Source: Saccharospirillum sp.
Lineage (GTDB): Bacteria; Pseudomonadota; Gammaproteobacteria; Pseudomonadales; Natronospirillaceae
Direction of reading: 5' to 3'
Assembly: GCA_035704555.1 (NCBI GenBank)
Contig: DASSWT010000226.1
Span: forward strand, 1,414-65,413
Length of the DNA: 64,000 nt
Part shown: positions 12,059-22,124 of the stretch, piece after piece
Layout: the number at the start of each line of letters is the position of its first letter
How positions within the stretch are numbered: the first letter of the stretch is position 1
Notes under the pieces: model-generated
What the model saw: only the letters and a program-made list of their open reading frames with translations
The model's database searches: none
What the model was told of the DNA's origin: nothing
Translations under genes and position numbers: made by a program

Positions 12059-12721
12059 TCACTGGAACTGCTCTTCATCGAACGATGCTGCGGTAGCGCG
12101 TTCCCACTCATCAATGGTGGCATCCAGATCGCCCCCGGTATCACGGTAAATCTGATCAAACTGGGATTTGAAGGTAACCCCCAGGTTCACGCCGTTGACA
12201 ATCACGTTCTGCATTTTCCAGTCATCGGCTTCACGACTGTAATAAACGCTCTGCACCATGGGGTATTCCTGGCCATCCGGCGAAATCACGTTCAAATTCA
12301 CGCGGGTATTGCGTACGGTGTTTTCGCTCTCATTTTCGCTGGGCAGCAATTCAACCTCAAAGGAGCCAAAGTTATATAACCCACCGGCATAGGTGTTGAT
12401 CATGCTTCGCTTGAACACCTCGAGAAAGCGCAGCTTTTGTTCCCGGGTAGACGATTCCAGCAACTCAGGACCCATAATGCGACTGACGATAACGGTATAA
12501 CCGATCAGAGGCTCCAGAACTTCACCGACTTCTTCCAGGTACGCCTGCCGGTCCCCCTCAGAGCCGTTCTGGTTGTATTTCTTAACAACTTCGAGCACCG
12601 CGTTGACGCCGTCCATCACGCTTTCTCCGGCTGGTTTGCTGGGTGTAAAGGCCTGTACCTGGCCTACCGCCAACAGAATACCAGCCAGCATTAAACCGCG
12701 TATCCAAGCAATTCGTTTCAT
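12059..12721 (-). CDS. mlaC: MlaC/Ttg2D family periplasmic phospholipid-binding protein
   Basis: Signal peptide, then F...F..SMINTY and WKMQNVIVNGVNLG.TFKSQF, typical of Ttg2D. An AAGGAG RBS precedes ATG 12721. Confidence 0.82.
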   Translation of the reverse strand: MKRIAWIRGLMLAGILLAVGQVQAFTPSKPAGESVMDGVNAVLEVVKKYNQNGSEGDRQAYLEEVGEVLEPLIGYTVIVSRIMGPELLESSTREQKLRFLEVFKRSMINTYAGGLYNFGSFEVELLPSENESENTVRNTRVNLNVISPDGQEYPMVQSVYYSREADDWKMQNVIVNGVNLGVTFKSQFDQIYRDTGGDLDATIDEWERATAASFDEEQFQ

Positions 12722-12941
12722 AAACAAGGCTCCTTGTGTCCTTTGCATTACCAACATACAGCTTAGGCCTGAATGATGCCTGAATCGATCCCCCATCAGT
12801 CATAACCCAGTGTAAATAAAGCAAAAATCACCCGCGCAGCAGGCGGGCGCCACCACTTCAGACTGGCCACCGATGTGGTATTCTACCGGCCTGATAACCC
12901 TGACTTAACCGTGTTCGACCGGACCAGGCAGCCTAAATACG

Positions 12942-13913
12942 ATGAAACCGCAGTTAAACTATCTGACCTCAGCACGCCGCACGCTCGATCTTGAGATCCA
13001 GGCCCTGCAAGGTCTGACCAAACACCTCGATAGCGCCTTCGAGCAAGCCTGTGAGCTGGTATTGGCCTGTACCGGAAGGGTGGTGGTCACTGGTATGGGC
13101 AAGTCCGGCCATATTGGCAACAAACTGGCAGCCACTCTGGCCAGCACCGGTACGCCGGCGTTTTTCGTCCATCCGGGAGAAGCCAGCCACGGTGATATGG
13201 GCATGATTACCGAACAGGATGTAGTCATCGCGCTGTCCAACTCCGGTGAGGTGACCGAAGTGGTCACCCTGATACCCCTGATAAAACGGCTCGGCGCCGG
13301 CCTGATCGGCATGACCGGCAACCCCGACAGCACCCTGGGCCGTTCCGCCGACGCCCACATATACTGCGGTGTCGAACAGGAAGCTTGCCCGCTCAATCTG
13401 GCTCCGACCTCCTCCACAACCGCCGCCCTGGTGATGGGCGACGCGCTGGCCATTGCTCTGCTCGAGGCCAGAGGCTTTACCGCCGATGATTTCGCGTTCT
13501 CCCACCCCGGTGGCAGCCTGGGCCGCAAGTTGTTGCTGAAAATTGCCGACATCATGCATACCGGAACCGACATCCCCGTGGTCGAGCCGGATACCCTGCT
13601 GCGCGATGCCCTGCTGGAAATGACGCGTAAGGGTCTGGGCATGACGACCATCATCAGCGCCGATGGCGACTTACTGGGCGTGTTCACAGACGGCGACTTG
13701 CGCCGCACCCTGGACCAGGGCATCGACATCCTGACCACACCGATCCGGGCCGTCATGCACAGTGGCGCCTACACCATGCGCCCCGATCAGCTGGCCGCCC
13801 AGGCGCTGTATGAAATGGAAGAACGCAAGATCACCTCGCTGGTGATCGTCGACGCTGGCAAGACAGCCGGGGTCATTCACCTGCACGACATTCTTCGCGC
13901 CGGGGTTGCCTGA
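12942..13913 (+). CDS. kdsD: Arabinose-5-phosphate isomerase (KpsF/GutQ, SIS + CBS domains)
   Basis: Motifs VTGMGKSGHIG, HPGEASHGDMG, APTSSTT and HPGGSLG. Confidence 0.96.
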   Translation: MKPQLNYLTSARRTLDLEIQALQGLTKHLDSAFEQACELVLACTGRVVVTGMGKSGHIGNKLAATLASTGTPAFFVHPGEASHGDMGMITEQDVVIALSNSGEVTEVVTLIPLIKRLGAGLIGMTGNPDSTLGRSADAHIYCGVEQEACPLNLAPTSSTTAALVMGDALAIALLEARGFTADDFAFSHPGGSLGRKLLLKIADIMHTGTDIPVVEPDTLLRDALLEMTRKGLGMTTIISADGDLLGVFTDGDLRRTLDQGIDILTTPIRAVMHSGAYTMRPDQLAAQALYEMEERKITSLVIVDAGKTAGVIHLHDILRAGVA

Positions 13914-14479
13914 TGGCCAACCGGCGTCGCACCCTGATCGTCGCTGGTAGCCTGGGGCTCATTGCTCTGGCCATCTGGTGGCAGACGGATCGGGAGCAGA
14001 CGGCCGGCCAGGCCAGGCTGGAACTGCCAGAGAACGCGCCAGACCTGTACATCGAAAGCCCACGCCAGGTCCGCTTCGACGCCCAGGGCCAACCCGAGCT
14101 TCGCGCACAAGCCGAATCATTGGCCTATTATGAAAGCAATGGCGAAAGCCTGATGACAGAGCCGGTGATGACGCTGCTGTCCAATCCGGATCAGCCCTGG
14201 CAAATTACCTCCGATCACGCCACCCTGTTCAATGACGGTAGCGCCAATTTTGAACAGAATGTAGAAGTCATTGAGCAGCAAGCGGTGGGCGGCATGCAGC
14301 TGTACACAGACTGGTTGCGCGTCGAGCAGAATGGCCGCTTCGTCACAACGCCCAGGCCTGTTAAACTGCTGCAACCTGGCCAGGAGGCCCGGGGTGTCGG
14401 TATGGACGCCATTCTGACCGGGGAGGATTCCGACATAACGCTCAAATCAGAGGTATCGATTCGCTATGACGCGAACTGA
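13913..14479 (+). CDS. lptC: LPS export protein LptC
   Basis: N-terminal TM anchor, predicted beta-jellyroll pattern, and position before lptA/lptB. Confidence 0.8.
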   Translation: MANRRRTLIVAGSLGLIALAIWWQTDREQTAGQARLELPENAPDLYIESPRQVRFDAQGQPELRAQAESLAYYESNGESLMTEPVMTLLSNPDQPWQITSDHATLFNDGSANFEQNVEVIEQQAVGGMQLYTDWLRVEQNGRFVTTPRPVKLLQPGQEARGVGMDAILTGEDSDITLKSEVSIRYDAN

Positions 14480-15023
14480 GACAAGCTGCTTACCTGCCCG
14501 CCCCTTTGTTCGGGCGATGCTACTGGTATTAATGGTACCGGTATTAGCCTGTCAGGCTGTCTGGGCACTGCCCGGAGATCGCGACCAGCCGATGACCATT
14601 ACCGCCGATCAAGGTAACTTTAAAAGCAGCCGCGGTGAGGCGACGTTCACCGGCAATGTGTACCTGAAGCAGGGAACCCTCGAAGTCTGGGCCGATACGC
14701 TGGAAGTGCGCCGCGACCCTGAAACCGGCGATATCACCTTTCTGGAAGCCAGGGGCGAACCCGCCCGCTATCAGGAACTGCCCAGCGAAGAGGACGGCCT
14801 GATCGAAGTACGCGGCATGCGCATTGAATACCGACCCGACGAGGACCTGATCATCACCGAAGGCGAAGGCCATCTGACCCAGGCAGGCAGCGACATAAAA
14901 GCCGATTACATCCGCTACAACCTGATTGATGAGTCTCTGGACGTGCGGTCCCTGCGCAGCAGCACCGACACGGAAGATGCGCCTCAGGCCACCTGGATAC
15001 TGCAACCCGGAGCGATGGACTGA
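14466..15023 (+). CDS. lptA: LPS transport periplasmic protein LptA
   Basis: ALPGDRDQPMTITAD and FTGNV...QG motifs. Confidence 0.85.
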   Translation: MTRTETSCLPARPFVRAMLLVLMVPVLACQAVWALPGDRDQPMTITADQGNFKSSRGEATFTGNVYLKQGTLEVWADTLEVRRDPETGDITFLEARGEPARYQELPSEEDGLIEVRGMRIEYRPDEDLIITEGEGHLTQAGSDIKADYIRYNLIDESLDVRSLRSSTDTEDAPQATWILQPGAMD

Positions 15024-15749
15024 ATGGCGCTGCTGGAAGCGAGACACCTGGCGAAAAGCTACAAAAAGCGACCCGTTGTGCGCGACGTCAGCCTCAGCGT
15101 TGAAAAAGGTCAGATCGTAGGATTACTGGGCCCCAACGGCGCAGGCAAGACCACCTGCTTTTATATGATTGTCGGCCTGGTCCCGGCCGATAACGGCGAA
15201 GTTATGGTGGGCGACAAAAGCGTCACCCGGCTGCCGATGCATGCCCGGGCCCGGCATGGCATCGGTTATCTGCCCCAGGAAGCATCCATCTTTCGCAAAC
15301 TGACCGTACAGGATAATATTCTGGGCGTTCTGCAAACCCGCAAAGACCTGTCCCGCGCCCAGCAAAAACAACAGTTGGAGTCATTGCTCGGTGAATTTAA
15401 CATTACCCATATTCGTGACAGCCTGGGTATGGCATTGTCAGGTGGTGAACGGCGACGCGTCGAAATCGCCCGGGCATTGGCCATGGAGCCAGCGGTTGTG
15501 CTGCTGGACGAGCCCTTTGCCGGGGTCGACCCCATTTCAGTCGGCGATATAAAAGCTATAATCCATCACTTGAGAGATCGCGGTATTGGTGTCCTGATCA
15601 CTGACCACAACGTCCGGGAGACCCTCGATATCTGCGAAAAAGCCTACATCGTGGGTAACGGCCACATCATTGCAGAAGGGACGGCGGAGGACGTTTTGAA
15701 CAACGCCACCGTTCGTGAAGTGTATTTAGGCGATCAATTCCGCTTATAA
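15024..15749 (+). CDS. lptB: LPS export ABC ATPase
   Basis: Motifs [24 protein letters not shown] and [11 protein letters not shown]. Confidence 0.97.
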   Translation: MALLEARHLAKSYKKRPVVRDVSLSVEKGQIVGLLGPNGAGKTTCFYMIVGLVPADNGEVMVGDKSVTRLPMHARARHGIGYLPQEASIFRKLTVQDNILGVLQTRKDLSRAQQKQQLESLLGEFNITHIRDSLGMALSGGERRRVEIARALAMEPAVVLLDEPFAGVDPISVGDIKAIIHHLRDRGIGVLITDHNVRETLDICEKAYIVGNGHIIAEGTAEDVLNNATVREVYLGDQFRL

Positions 15750-15777
15750 CCATGGCCAAAGGCACACATAACGCTCT

Positions 15778-17286
15778 ATGAAGACCTCCTTACAACTGAA
15801 AATGAGCCAGCAGCTGACGATGACGCCTCAGCTGCAACAAGCCATTCGCCTGCTGCAACTGTCGACTCTGGATCTGCAACAGGAGATACAGGAGGCACTC
15901 GAAAGCAACCCCATGCTCGAAGTCCGCGAAGACGTCGATGATGGCGGCGCCGGCGATTCGAAAAACAGCCAGTCGATTGACCAGAAAGCTACCAGCGACG
16001 CGGAAAACACCACGAACTCAAACGACACCGACCACCGCGAACTGGAAATCGCCGAGCACATACCGGACGACCTGGCGGTCGACAGTTCCTGGGACGACAT
16101 CTACACCCACGCCCCCACCAGCCATGGTCTGCCTTCCGGTGACGACGACTTCAACTTCGAAAATGTCTACGGCACCACCGATTCACTCTGGGATCACCTG
16201 AACTGGCAGCTCAATCTAACCACCATGACCGAGCGCGACCGGCAAATCGCCGAGAGCATCATCGAAAGCGTCAATGCCGAGGGCTACCTGTCGTCGAGCA
16301 TGGACGATATTTTCGAAGGCCTGACGGCGCATATGGCGAACGACGATGATCCGCTGGAAATAGATGAAGTCGAAGCGGTACTGCACCGCGTTCAGCATTT
16401 CGATCCGCCCGGCGTCTGTGCCCGTGACCTGGCCGATTGTCTGACCATTCAGCTAAACCAGATGAGTGACGACACGCCCTGGCGTGACGCCGCCCTAAGC
16501 GTGGTCAACAACTATCTGGATCTGCTCGCCTCGCGCGATTACAGCCAGCTGATGCGCAAATCCAAACTCAAGGAACCTGAATTACGCGACGTCATCGCGC
16601 TGATTCAGAGCCTCAACCCCCGGCCCGGCAACCAGATCGAAAGCGGTAAAGACGAGTACGTGGTGCCGGATGTCATCGTTCGCAAAGACATCAAGAACAA
16701 TCGCTGGCTGGTTGAGTTGAACCCGGAAATCGCCCCCAAACTGAGAGTCAATGCGTCCTATGCGTCCATGGTCAAACGGGCCGATTCGAGCAGCGACAAC
16801 ACCTATTTGAAAGACCATTTGCAGGAAGCGCGCTGGTTCATCAAAAGCCTGATGAGCCGTAACGAAACCCTGTTGAAAGTAGCCACCAATATTGTCGAAC
16901 ACCAGCGTGGTTTTCTGGAATATGGTGAAGAGGCGATGAAACCCCTGGTACTGCACGACGTCGCAGAAGCGGTCGAGATGCACGAATCAACAATCTCACG
17001 GGTTACAACGCAAAAATACATGCACACGCCACGCGGCATCTTTGAGCTGAAATACTTTTTCAGCAGTCACGTCAGTACCGACAGTGGCGGCGAAGCATCC
17101 AGCACCGCCATTCGCGCCATTATCAAGAAACTCGTTGCGGCGGAAAACCCGCGCAAACCACTGAGCGATTCAAAGATCGCAACGCTGCTGGGAGACAAGG
17201 GCATACAGGTGGCACGTCGCACCATCGCCAAGTACCGTGAAGCCATGATGATTCCTCCGTCAAATGAGCGTAAACGACTGATCTAA
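15778..17286 (+). CDS. rpoN: RNA polymerase sigma-54 factor
   Basis: Region [19 protein letters not shown] and RpoN box [10 protein letters not shown]. Confidence 0.98.
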   Translation: MKTSLQLKMSQQLTMTPQLQQAIRLLQLSTLDLQQEIQEALESNPMLEVREDVDDGGAGDSKNSQSIDQKATSDAENTTNSNDTDHRELEIAEHIPDDLAVDSSWDDIYTHAPTSHGLPSGDDDFNFENVYGTTDSLWDHLNWQLNLTTMTERDRQIAESIIESVNAEGYLSSSMDDIFEGLTAHMANDDDPLEIDEVEAVLHRVQHFDPPGVCARDLADCLTIQLNQMSDDTPWRDAALSVVNNYLDLLASRDYSQLMRKSKLKEPELRDVIALIQSLNPRPGNQIESGKDEYVVPDVIVRKDIKNNRWLVELNPEIAPKLRVNASYASMVKRADSSSDNTYLKDHLQEARWFIKSLMSRNETLLKVATNIVEHQRGFLEYGEEAMKPLVLHDVAEAVEMHESTISRVTTQKYMHTPRGIFELKYFFSSHVSTDSGGEASSTAIRAIIKKLVAAENPRKPLSDSKIATLLGDKGIQVARRTIAKYREAMMIPPSNERKRLI

Positions 17287-17449
17287 ATCAACTGATTGAG
17301 CTGACCCAAGCTTGAAAGCGGTCGGCGCAAGCGCCAAATTCTGTATTAGGAGCTAGACTGAAAGAGGCAAAGGGAAACCGGATAGAATTGCCCTGCTGAC
17401 ATCCATCGCAACGGATGCTGCAGATCCATCACTGCAAGAGGAGCGGACT

Positions 17450-17755
17450 ATGCAAGTCAACATCAGTGGTCACCATGTGGAAGTTACCGAAGCACTGAAC
17501 GACTATGTCGGTCAGAAACTGGACCGGCTGGAACGACACTTCGACCAGATTGGCAATGTACAAATCACCCTCAGTGTTGAAAAACAGCGGCAAAAGGCCG
17601 AAGCTTCACTCAACATCAAGGGAGCCCAGATTCATGCGGACTCTGAACACGATGACTTGTATGCCGCGATCGATATGATGGCGGATAAACTGGACCGTCA
17701 ACTGCTCAAGCACAAAGAGAAGACAGTTGATCGAATGCACGGGAATTCACGTTAA
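17450..17755 (+). CDS. hpf: Ribosome hibernation promoting factor
   Basis: MQVNISGHHVEVT...DLYAAID...KL.RQL.K.KEK pattern, downstream of rpoN. Confidence 0.95.
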   Translation: MQVNISGHHVEVTEALNDYVGQKLDRLERHFDQIGNVQITLSVEKQRQKAEASLNIKGAQIHADSEHDDLYAAIDMMADKLDRQLLKHKEKTVDRMHGNSR

Positions 17756-17757
17756 TC

Positions 17758-18213
17758 ATGATACCTCTGGACCAAGTCCTGACCGCCGAACGCGTCTTTA
17801 CCGGCACGTTCGGTGCCAGCAAAAAACGGGTACTGCAAACTCTGGCGGAGCGTCTTGCCAATGCAGTGCCAGGCGTCACCGAGCTTGATCTGTTCGATCA
17901 GTTAATCGCCCGGGAGCGGCTTGGTTCAACTGGTCTGGGGCAGGGCATTGCCCTGCCCCACTGCCGCCTCGCTAATATCGACCGTCCTGTCGCTGCACTG
18001 GTGAAACTGGATGAAGCGGTCGATTTCGAATCACCGGACCGTCAACCCGTCGACCTGATGTTTGCACTGGTGGTACCCGAAACCGCCACCGACGAGCATC
18101 TGCAATTGCTGGCCGCCGTGGTTGAACGCTTTAACGATACCGACACGGTGGCCGCCTTGCGCGATAGCCGGGATCCCGACGAACTGTACCGGTTATTCTT
18201 CAAGGGATTCTGA
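17758..18213 (+). CDS. ptsN: PTS EIIA(Ntr)
   Basis: RERLGSTGLGQGIALPHCR phospho-His motif. Confidence 0.93.
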   Translation: MIPLDQVLTAERVFTGTFGASKKRVLQTLAERLANAVPGVTELDLFDQLIARERLGSTGLGQGIALPHCRLANIDRPVAALVKLDEAVDFESPDRQPVDLMFALVVPETATDEHLQLLAAVVERFNDTDTVAALRDSRDPDELYRLFFKGF

Positions 18214-18218
18214 CCACC

Positions 18219-19097
18219 ATGGCGACCAATGCCACTCCATTCAGGCTGATTCTGATCAGCGGTCGTTCCGGCTCGGGCAAAAGTACCGTACTGAACGCGT
18301 TGGAAGACGCCGGTTTTAACTGCATCGATAATCTCCCCCCGGCCATGCTGCCCGAACTGGTGCGCTGGATGTCCGCCAGTAACGATCAGCCTAATACCGC
18401 TGTATGCATCGATGCACGGATGTCGCCTCAGGGGATCTCCCGCTTACCCGAGATTCTGGCGTCACTGCAAACCGATTTGGTTCCGGAAATCCTGTATCTC
18501 GATGCCGACGAAACCATCCTGCTGCAGCGTTTTTCGGCTACGCGTCGCAAACACCCGCTGACCGACCAGCACCGTTCGCTGGCGGAAGCCATTGCTCATG
18601 AAGCCCAGTTGCTGGCACCAGTAGCGGCGCTGTCGCAATTGAAGATAGACACCAGCAGTTTGTCGCTGCAGGAACTGCGCGACCAGATTCGCAACCGGGT
18701 TATTCGCAAACCCCGGGGTATCGCCCTCCAGTTTTTGTCGTTCGGGTTCAAGCACGGCCTGCCCCGCGACGCCGACCTGGTGTTTGATGTTCGTTGCCTG
18801 CCCAACCCTTACTGGGACAAATCCCTGCGGGTTTACACCGGGCGGGATGAGCCGATTCAGGCGTTTTTGCAGCGCGAACCGGCGGTCACGGAAATGTTTG
18901 AAGACATTCGCCGGTTTATCGACCGTTGGTTGCGTCAGTACGAAGCCAACCAGCGGGCCTACCTCACCGTTGCCATCGGCTGTACCGGCGGGCAGCATCG
19001 CAGCGTTTACATTTGCGAACAACTCTATGGTACCTTCTCAGCCAAGCATCCAAGCGTTCAGATCAGACACCGGGACATGGGGCACGACGAAGCGTGA
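18219..19097 (+). CDS. rapZ: RNase adapter protein RapZ
   Basis: Motifs SGRSGSGKS, SFGFKHG, FDVRCLPNPYW and IGCTGGQHRS. Confidence 0.96.
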   Translation: MATNATPFRLILISGRSGSGKSTVLNALEDAGFNCIDNLPPAMLPELVRWMSASNDQPNTAVCIDARMSPQGISRLPEILASLQTDLVPEILYLDADETILLQRFSATRRKHPLTDQHRSLAEAIAHEAQLLAPVAALSQLKIDTSSLSLQELRDQIRNRVIRKPRGIALQFLSFGFKHGLPRDADLVFDVRCLPNPYWDKSLRVYTGRDEPIQAFLQREPAVTEMFEDIRRFIDRWLRQYEANQRAYLTVAIGCTGGQHRSVYICEQLYGTFSAKHPSVQIRHRDMGHDEA

Positions 19098-19363
19098 TTG
19101 ACGAACAACTGACCATCATCAACAAGCTCGGCCTTCATGCACGGGCGGCGGCCAAACTGGTCGGCGTGGCCGGTCAGTTCGAAAGCCGTATTGTGCTGGT
19201 TAAGGAGGGCCGCGAGGCCGACGCCAAGAGCATTATGTCGGTGATGATGCTGGCGGCCAGTCAGGGCACCGAACTGAATGTGCAAATTGAAGGCCCGGAT
19301 GAATCCGAAGCCTGGGGGGCATTACTGACGCTGGTGCAAAATCGATTTGACGAGGCCGAGTAG
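19094..19363 (+). CDS. npr: HPr-family phosphocarrier NPr
   Basis: GTG start overlapping the rapZ stop. Motifs INKLGLHARAA and AKSIMSVMMLAA. Confidence 0.92.
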   Translation: MIDEQLTIINKLGLHARAAAKLVGVAGQFESRIVLVKEGREADAKSIMSVMMLAASQGTELNVQIEGPDESEAWGALLTLVQNRFDEAE

Positions 19364-19505
19364 GCTGTTTCACTGCCACTCTTGAGCCTTTTTCAAGACA
19401 CGATGCCCGTTTAACCCCTTTATCCGTGTTTTAACCAGCGGCTACACTCTCTCCTACCCTTGCAAACCTCGCCTGCAGCCCAGGCTCAGCCCTCAGGGAC
19501 GTTGT

Positions 19506-20864
19506 ATGGCCACTGCACAGAATCAGGATCAACTGGACCAACACCGCCTCACGCTCATCAATGCGCTCGATCAGGGCGATGCGGACCAGGTGCAGCGCCT
19601 CTGTGATGAGGAACTGGCCCCGGTCGAAATTGCTCACATCATGGAATCCACACCCGGGCGAGTGCGCGAATTGCTCTGGCAGTTTCTGGATGAAGACCAG
19701 CAGGGCGAAGTCCTGTCGCATCTGAACGACGACCTGCAGCAGGCGTTTCTGGGTCAGATGTCGGCCTACGAGATCCTGGAGACCACCCAGGATGTCGATC
19801 GCGACGACCTGGCCGATATGCTGCAACAGGTCTCACCCGAGCTGTCCAGTGAAGTGCTCGGCCTGATGCCACCGGAAGAGCGAGCCCGCGTTGAGGGCCT
19901 GCTGGCCTATCCGGAAGATACCGCCGGCGGCCTGATGAATACCGACGTCATCACTGTTCGGGCCGATGTCAGACTTGAGGCCGTGTTGCGCTACCTGAGA
20001 CGACGGGAATTGCCCACTCAGTTGGATGCGCTCTGGGTGGTCGATCGCCAGTTTATCTACGTCGGCACCCTGCCCCTGGTAAAACTGCTGACCCACAGCC
20101 CGGATACCCGGGTTCGGGACATCATGGACAGCGACATCGAAGGCATACCCGCGACCACCGACGAAAACCAGGTCGCCCAGATCTTCGAGCGGCACGACCT
20201 GGTCTCTGCCCCGGTGATCAATGACGACGGCACTCTGCTGGGCCGAATCACCATCGACGACGTGGTCGATGTAATTCGGGATTCAGCCGACCACACCGTG
20301 ATGAGCATGGCCGGCCTGGATGAAGACGAAGACACCTTCTCGCCCGTCATCAAAAGCAGCCGCAACCGCGCCATCTGGCTTGGCCTGAACATGGTCACCG
20401 CCTTCATTGCCGCTGCGGTGATGTCCCGCTTTGAAGCCTCCATTGCCCAGATCGTGGCCCTGGCTGTGCTCAGCCCGGTGGTTGCCAGCATGGGTGGCAT
20501 TGCCGGCAGCCAGACGCTGACACTGATGATTCGCGGTATGGCCACCGGCCACATCAATCGGGACAATCTGCGCTGGCTGGTGCTCCGGGAGCTGGGCGTG
20601 GGCGCCCTGAATGGCCTGCTGTGGGCACTGGTGATCGGTTCTATCACCCTTTTCTGGTATAAAGACCCGTCTCTGGCCCTGGTTATAGGCGCTGCGATCA
20701 CGATCAACCTGATCGTTGCGGTTCTGGCTGGTGCCACCCTGCCCTTTCTTTTAAAATCAATGAACATCGACCCGGCGCTGTCCGGCAGTGTTATTCTAAC
20801 CACCATCACCGACGTGGTTGGTTTCCTGACCTTCCTCAGCCTGGCCACATTCTTTCTGCTTTGA
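19506..20864 (+). CDS. mgtE: Magnesium transporter MgtE
   Basis: YPEDTAGGLM, CBS pair, GGIAGSQ and TTITDVVGF motifs. Confidence 0.95.
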   Translation: MATAQNQDQLDQHRLTLINALDQGDADQVQRLCDEELAPVEIAHIMESTPGRVRELLWQFLDEDQQGEVLSHLNDDLQQAFLGQMSAYEILETTQDVDRDDLADMLQQVSPELSSEVLGLMPPEERARVEGLLAYPEDTAGGLMNTDVITVRADVRLEAVLRYLRRRELPTQLDALWVVDRQFIYVGTLPLVKLLTHSPDTRVRDIMDSDIEGIPATTDENQVAQIFERHDLVSAPVINDDGTLLGRITIDDVVDVIRDSADHTVMSMAGLDEDEDTFSPVIKSSRNRAIWLGLNMVTAFIAAAVMSRFEASIAQIVALAVLSPVVASMGGIAGSQTLTLMIRGMATGHINRDNLRWLVLRELGVGALNGLLWALVIGSITLFWYKDPSLALVIGAAITINLIVAVLAGATLPFLLKSMNIDPALSGSVILTTITDVVGFLTFLSLATFFLL

Positions 20865-20897
20865 CAACGGTCGGGCAGCCATCACCGTAGAGCGCTC

Positions 20898-21425
20898 ATG
20901 ACGCACCCTGAAGAAGACGACAACATCGAATACGAACTGGTCAGCAAATCTGAAATGAAGCGGGAAATGCATCGCTGGCAGGCACTGGGTGAGCGCTTGC
21001 TCACGCTTCGCGCCGACCAGCTGGCTACTATCCCTATGACCGAGCGGCTGATCCAGGCGCTGGCAGAAAGCAAGCGGGTCACCCAGCGCGAAGCCCGTCG
21101 CCGCCATTTGCAATTGATCGGCAAGCTGATGCGCGACAACGACGTCGACGCCATTCGTGAAGCGGTCGACCGGCTCGACCCCAGCAGCGACGTCTACAAG
21201 CGCGATTTACAGCAAGCCGAAGTCTGGCGTGAGCGCCTGATCCGCAACGACAGCGCCGAAAGCGACTGGTTCGAGGCCTATCCGGATACCGACCGGCAAC
21301 CCTTCCGGTCACTGGTGCGTGCGGCACGCAAGGAACAACCGGACGACCCGGCCGAACCCATTCGCGGCGGGAAAAACAGCAAACGCCTGCTGCGCTGGAT
21401 AAAAGAGTCGCTGTCCGGAAAATAA
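20898..21425 (+). CDS. yjgA: Ribosome-associated protein YjgA/DarP (DUF615)
   Basis: SKSEMKREM...LQ.LGE.L and RRHLQLIGKLMR patterns. Confidence 0.9.
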   Translation: MTHPEEDDNIEYELVSKSEMKREMHRWQALGERLLTLRADQLATIPMTERLIQALAESKRVTQREARRRHLQLIGKLMRDNDVDAIREAVDRLDPSSDVYKRDLQQAEVWRERLIRNDSAESDWFEAYPDTDRQPFRSLVRAARKEQPDDPAEPIRGGKNSKRLLRWIKESLSGK

Positions 21426-21435
21426 CCTTTCACGG

Positions 21436-21461
21436 TGATCCGGTTGCCGGGTGCTGACGTA
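21436..21461 (+). promoter_or_regulatory. Putative ECF (RpoE-ChrR type) autoregulatory promoter TGATCC-N16-CGTA
   Basis: TGATCC at 21436-21441 and CGTA at 21458-21461, directly upstream of the sigma gene. Confidence 0.65.
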
Positions 21462-21545
21462 AATTGGCCTGAGACCCCATGTACAGGTTTAAAAATGTCA
21501 GCGGCCAATGTAATCTCGATACTTTCATCGAAAAAAGCACGCACT

Positions 21546-22124
21546 ATGACACAAACGAGCCAAAGCGCCGACGAGTGGGCCGATCTGCTCGAGGCGGTGG
21601 CCCGGCGGCAGGATACCAAAGCCTTTGAGGCTCTGTTCAAGCATTTTGCTCCCCTGATTAAAGCCTTTGCATTGTCCTCTGGTTTACACAGCCAGGGCGA
21701 TCACCTGCCCGAAGAGCTGGTTCAGGACGTGATGCTCGCCATCTGGCGGAAATCGGCGTCCTACGACCGGCGCAAGGCGGCTCCTTCGACCTGGATTTTC
21801 ACCATCGCCCGTAACCAGCGTATCGACATGTTGCGACGGCTCAACAAATACCGGGCCGATGTCTCCGCCGATGCGATCTGGGATCTGGAGTCCGACACTG
21901 AATTGTTCGGTGAAGTCCGTCAGTCGCGCATTCAGGACAAGGTGAAGGCGGGTCTCTGCGATCTTCCGGTCGATCAGCGCCAGGTAATGGCCAAGGTCTT
22001 TCTGGAAGATAAAAGCCACCAGGAGGTTGCCGATGAAATGAAGCTCCCCCTGGGCACCGTCAAGAGCCGGGTTCGCCTGGCCATGAAGAAGATGAAACTT
22101 TCGTTAGAGGCACTCGATCTATGA
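21546..22124 (+). CDS. rpoE: ECF sigma-70 factor, RpoE-ChrR (ECF11) type; alternative start at 21495
   Basis: Region 2 ELVQDVMLAIWRK...STWIFTIARN and region 4 LPLGTVKSRVRLA. The stop overlaps the ChrR-like gene. Confidence 0.88.
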   Translation: MTQTSQSADEWADLLEAVARRQDTKAFEALFKHFAPLIKAFALSSGLHSQGDHLPEELVQDVMLAIWRKSASYDRRKAAPSTWIFTIARNQRIDMLRRLNKYRADVSADAIWDLESDTELFGEVRQSRIQDKVKAGLCDLPVDQRQVMAKVFLEDKSHQEVADEMKLPLGTVKSRVRLAMKKMKLSLEALDL

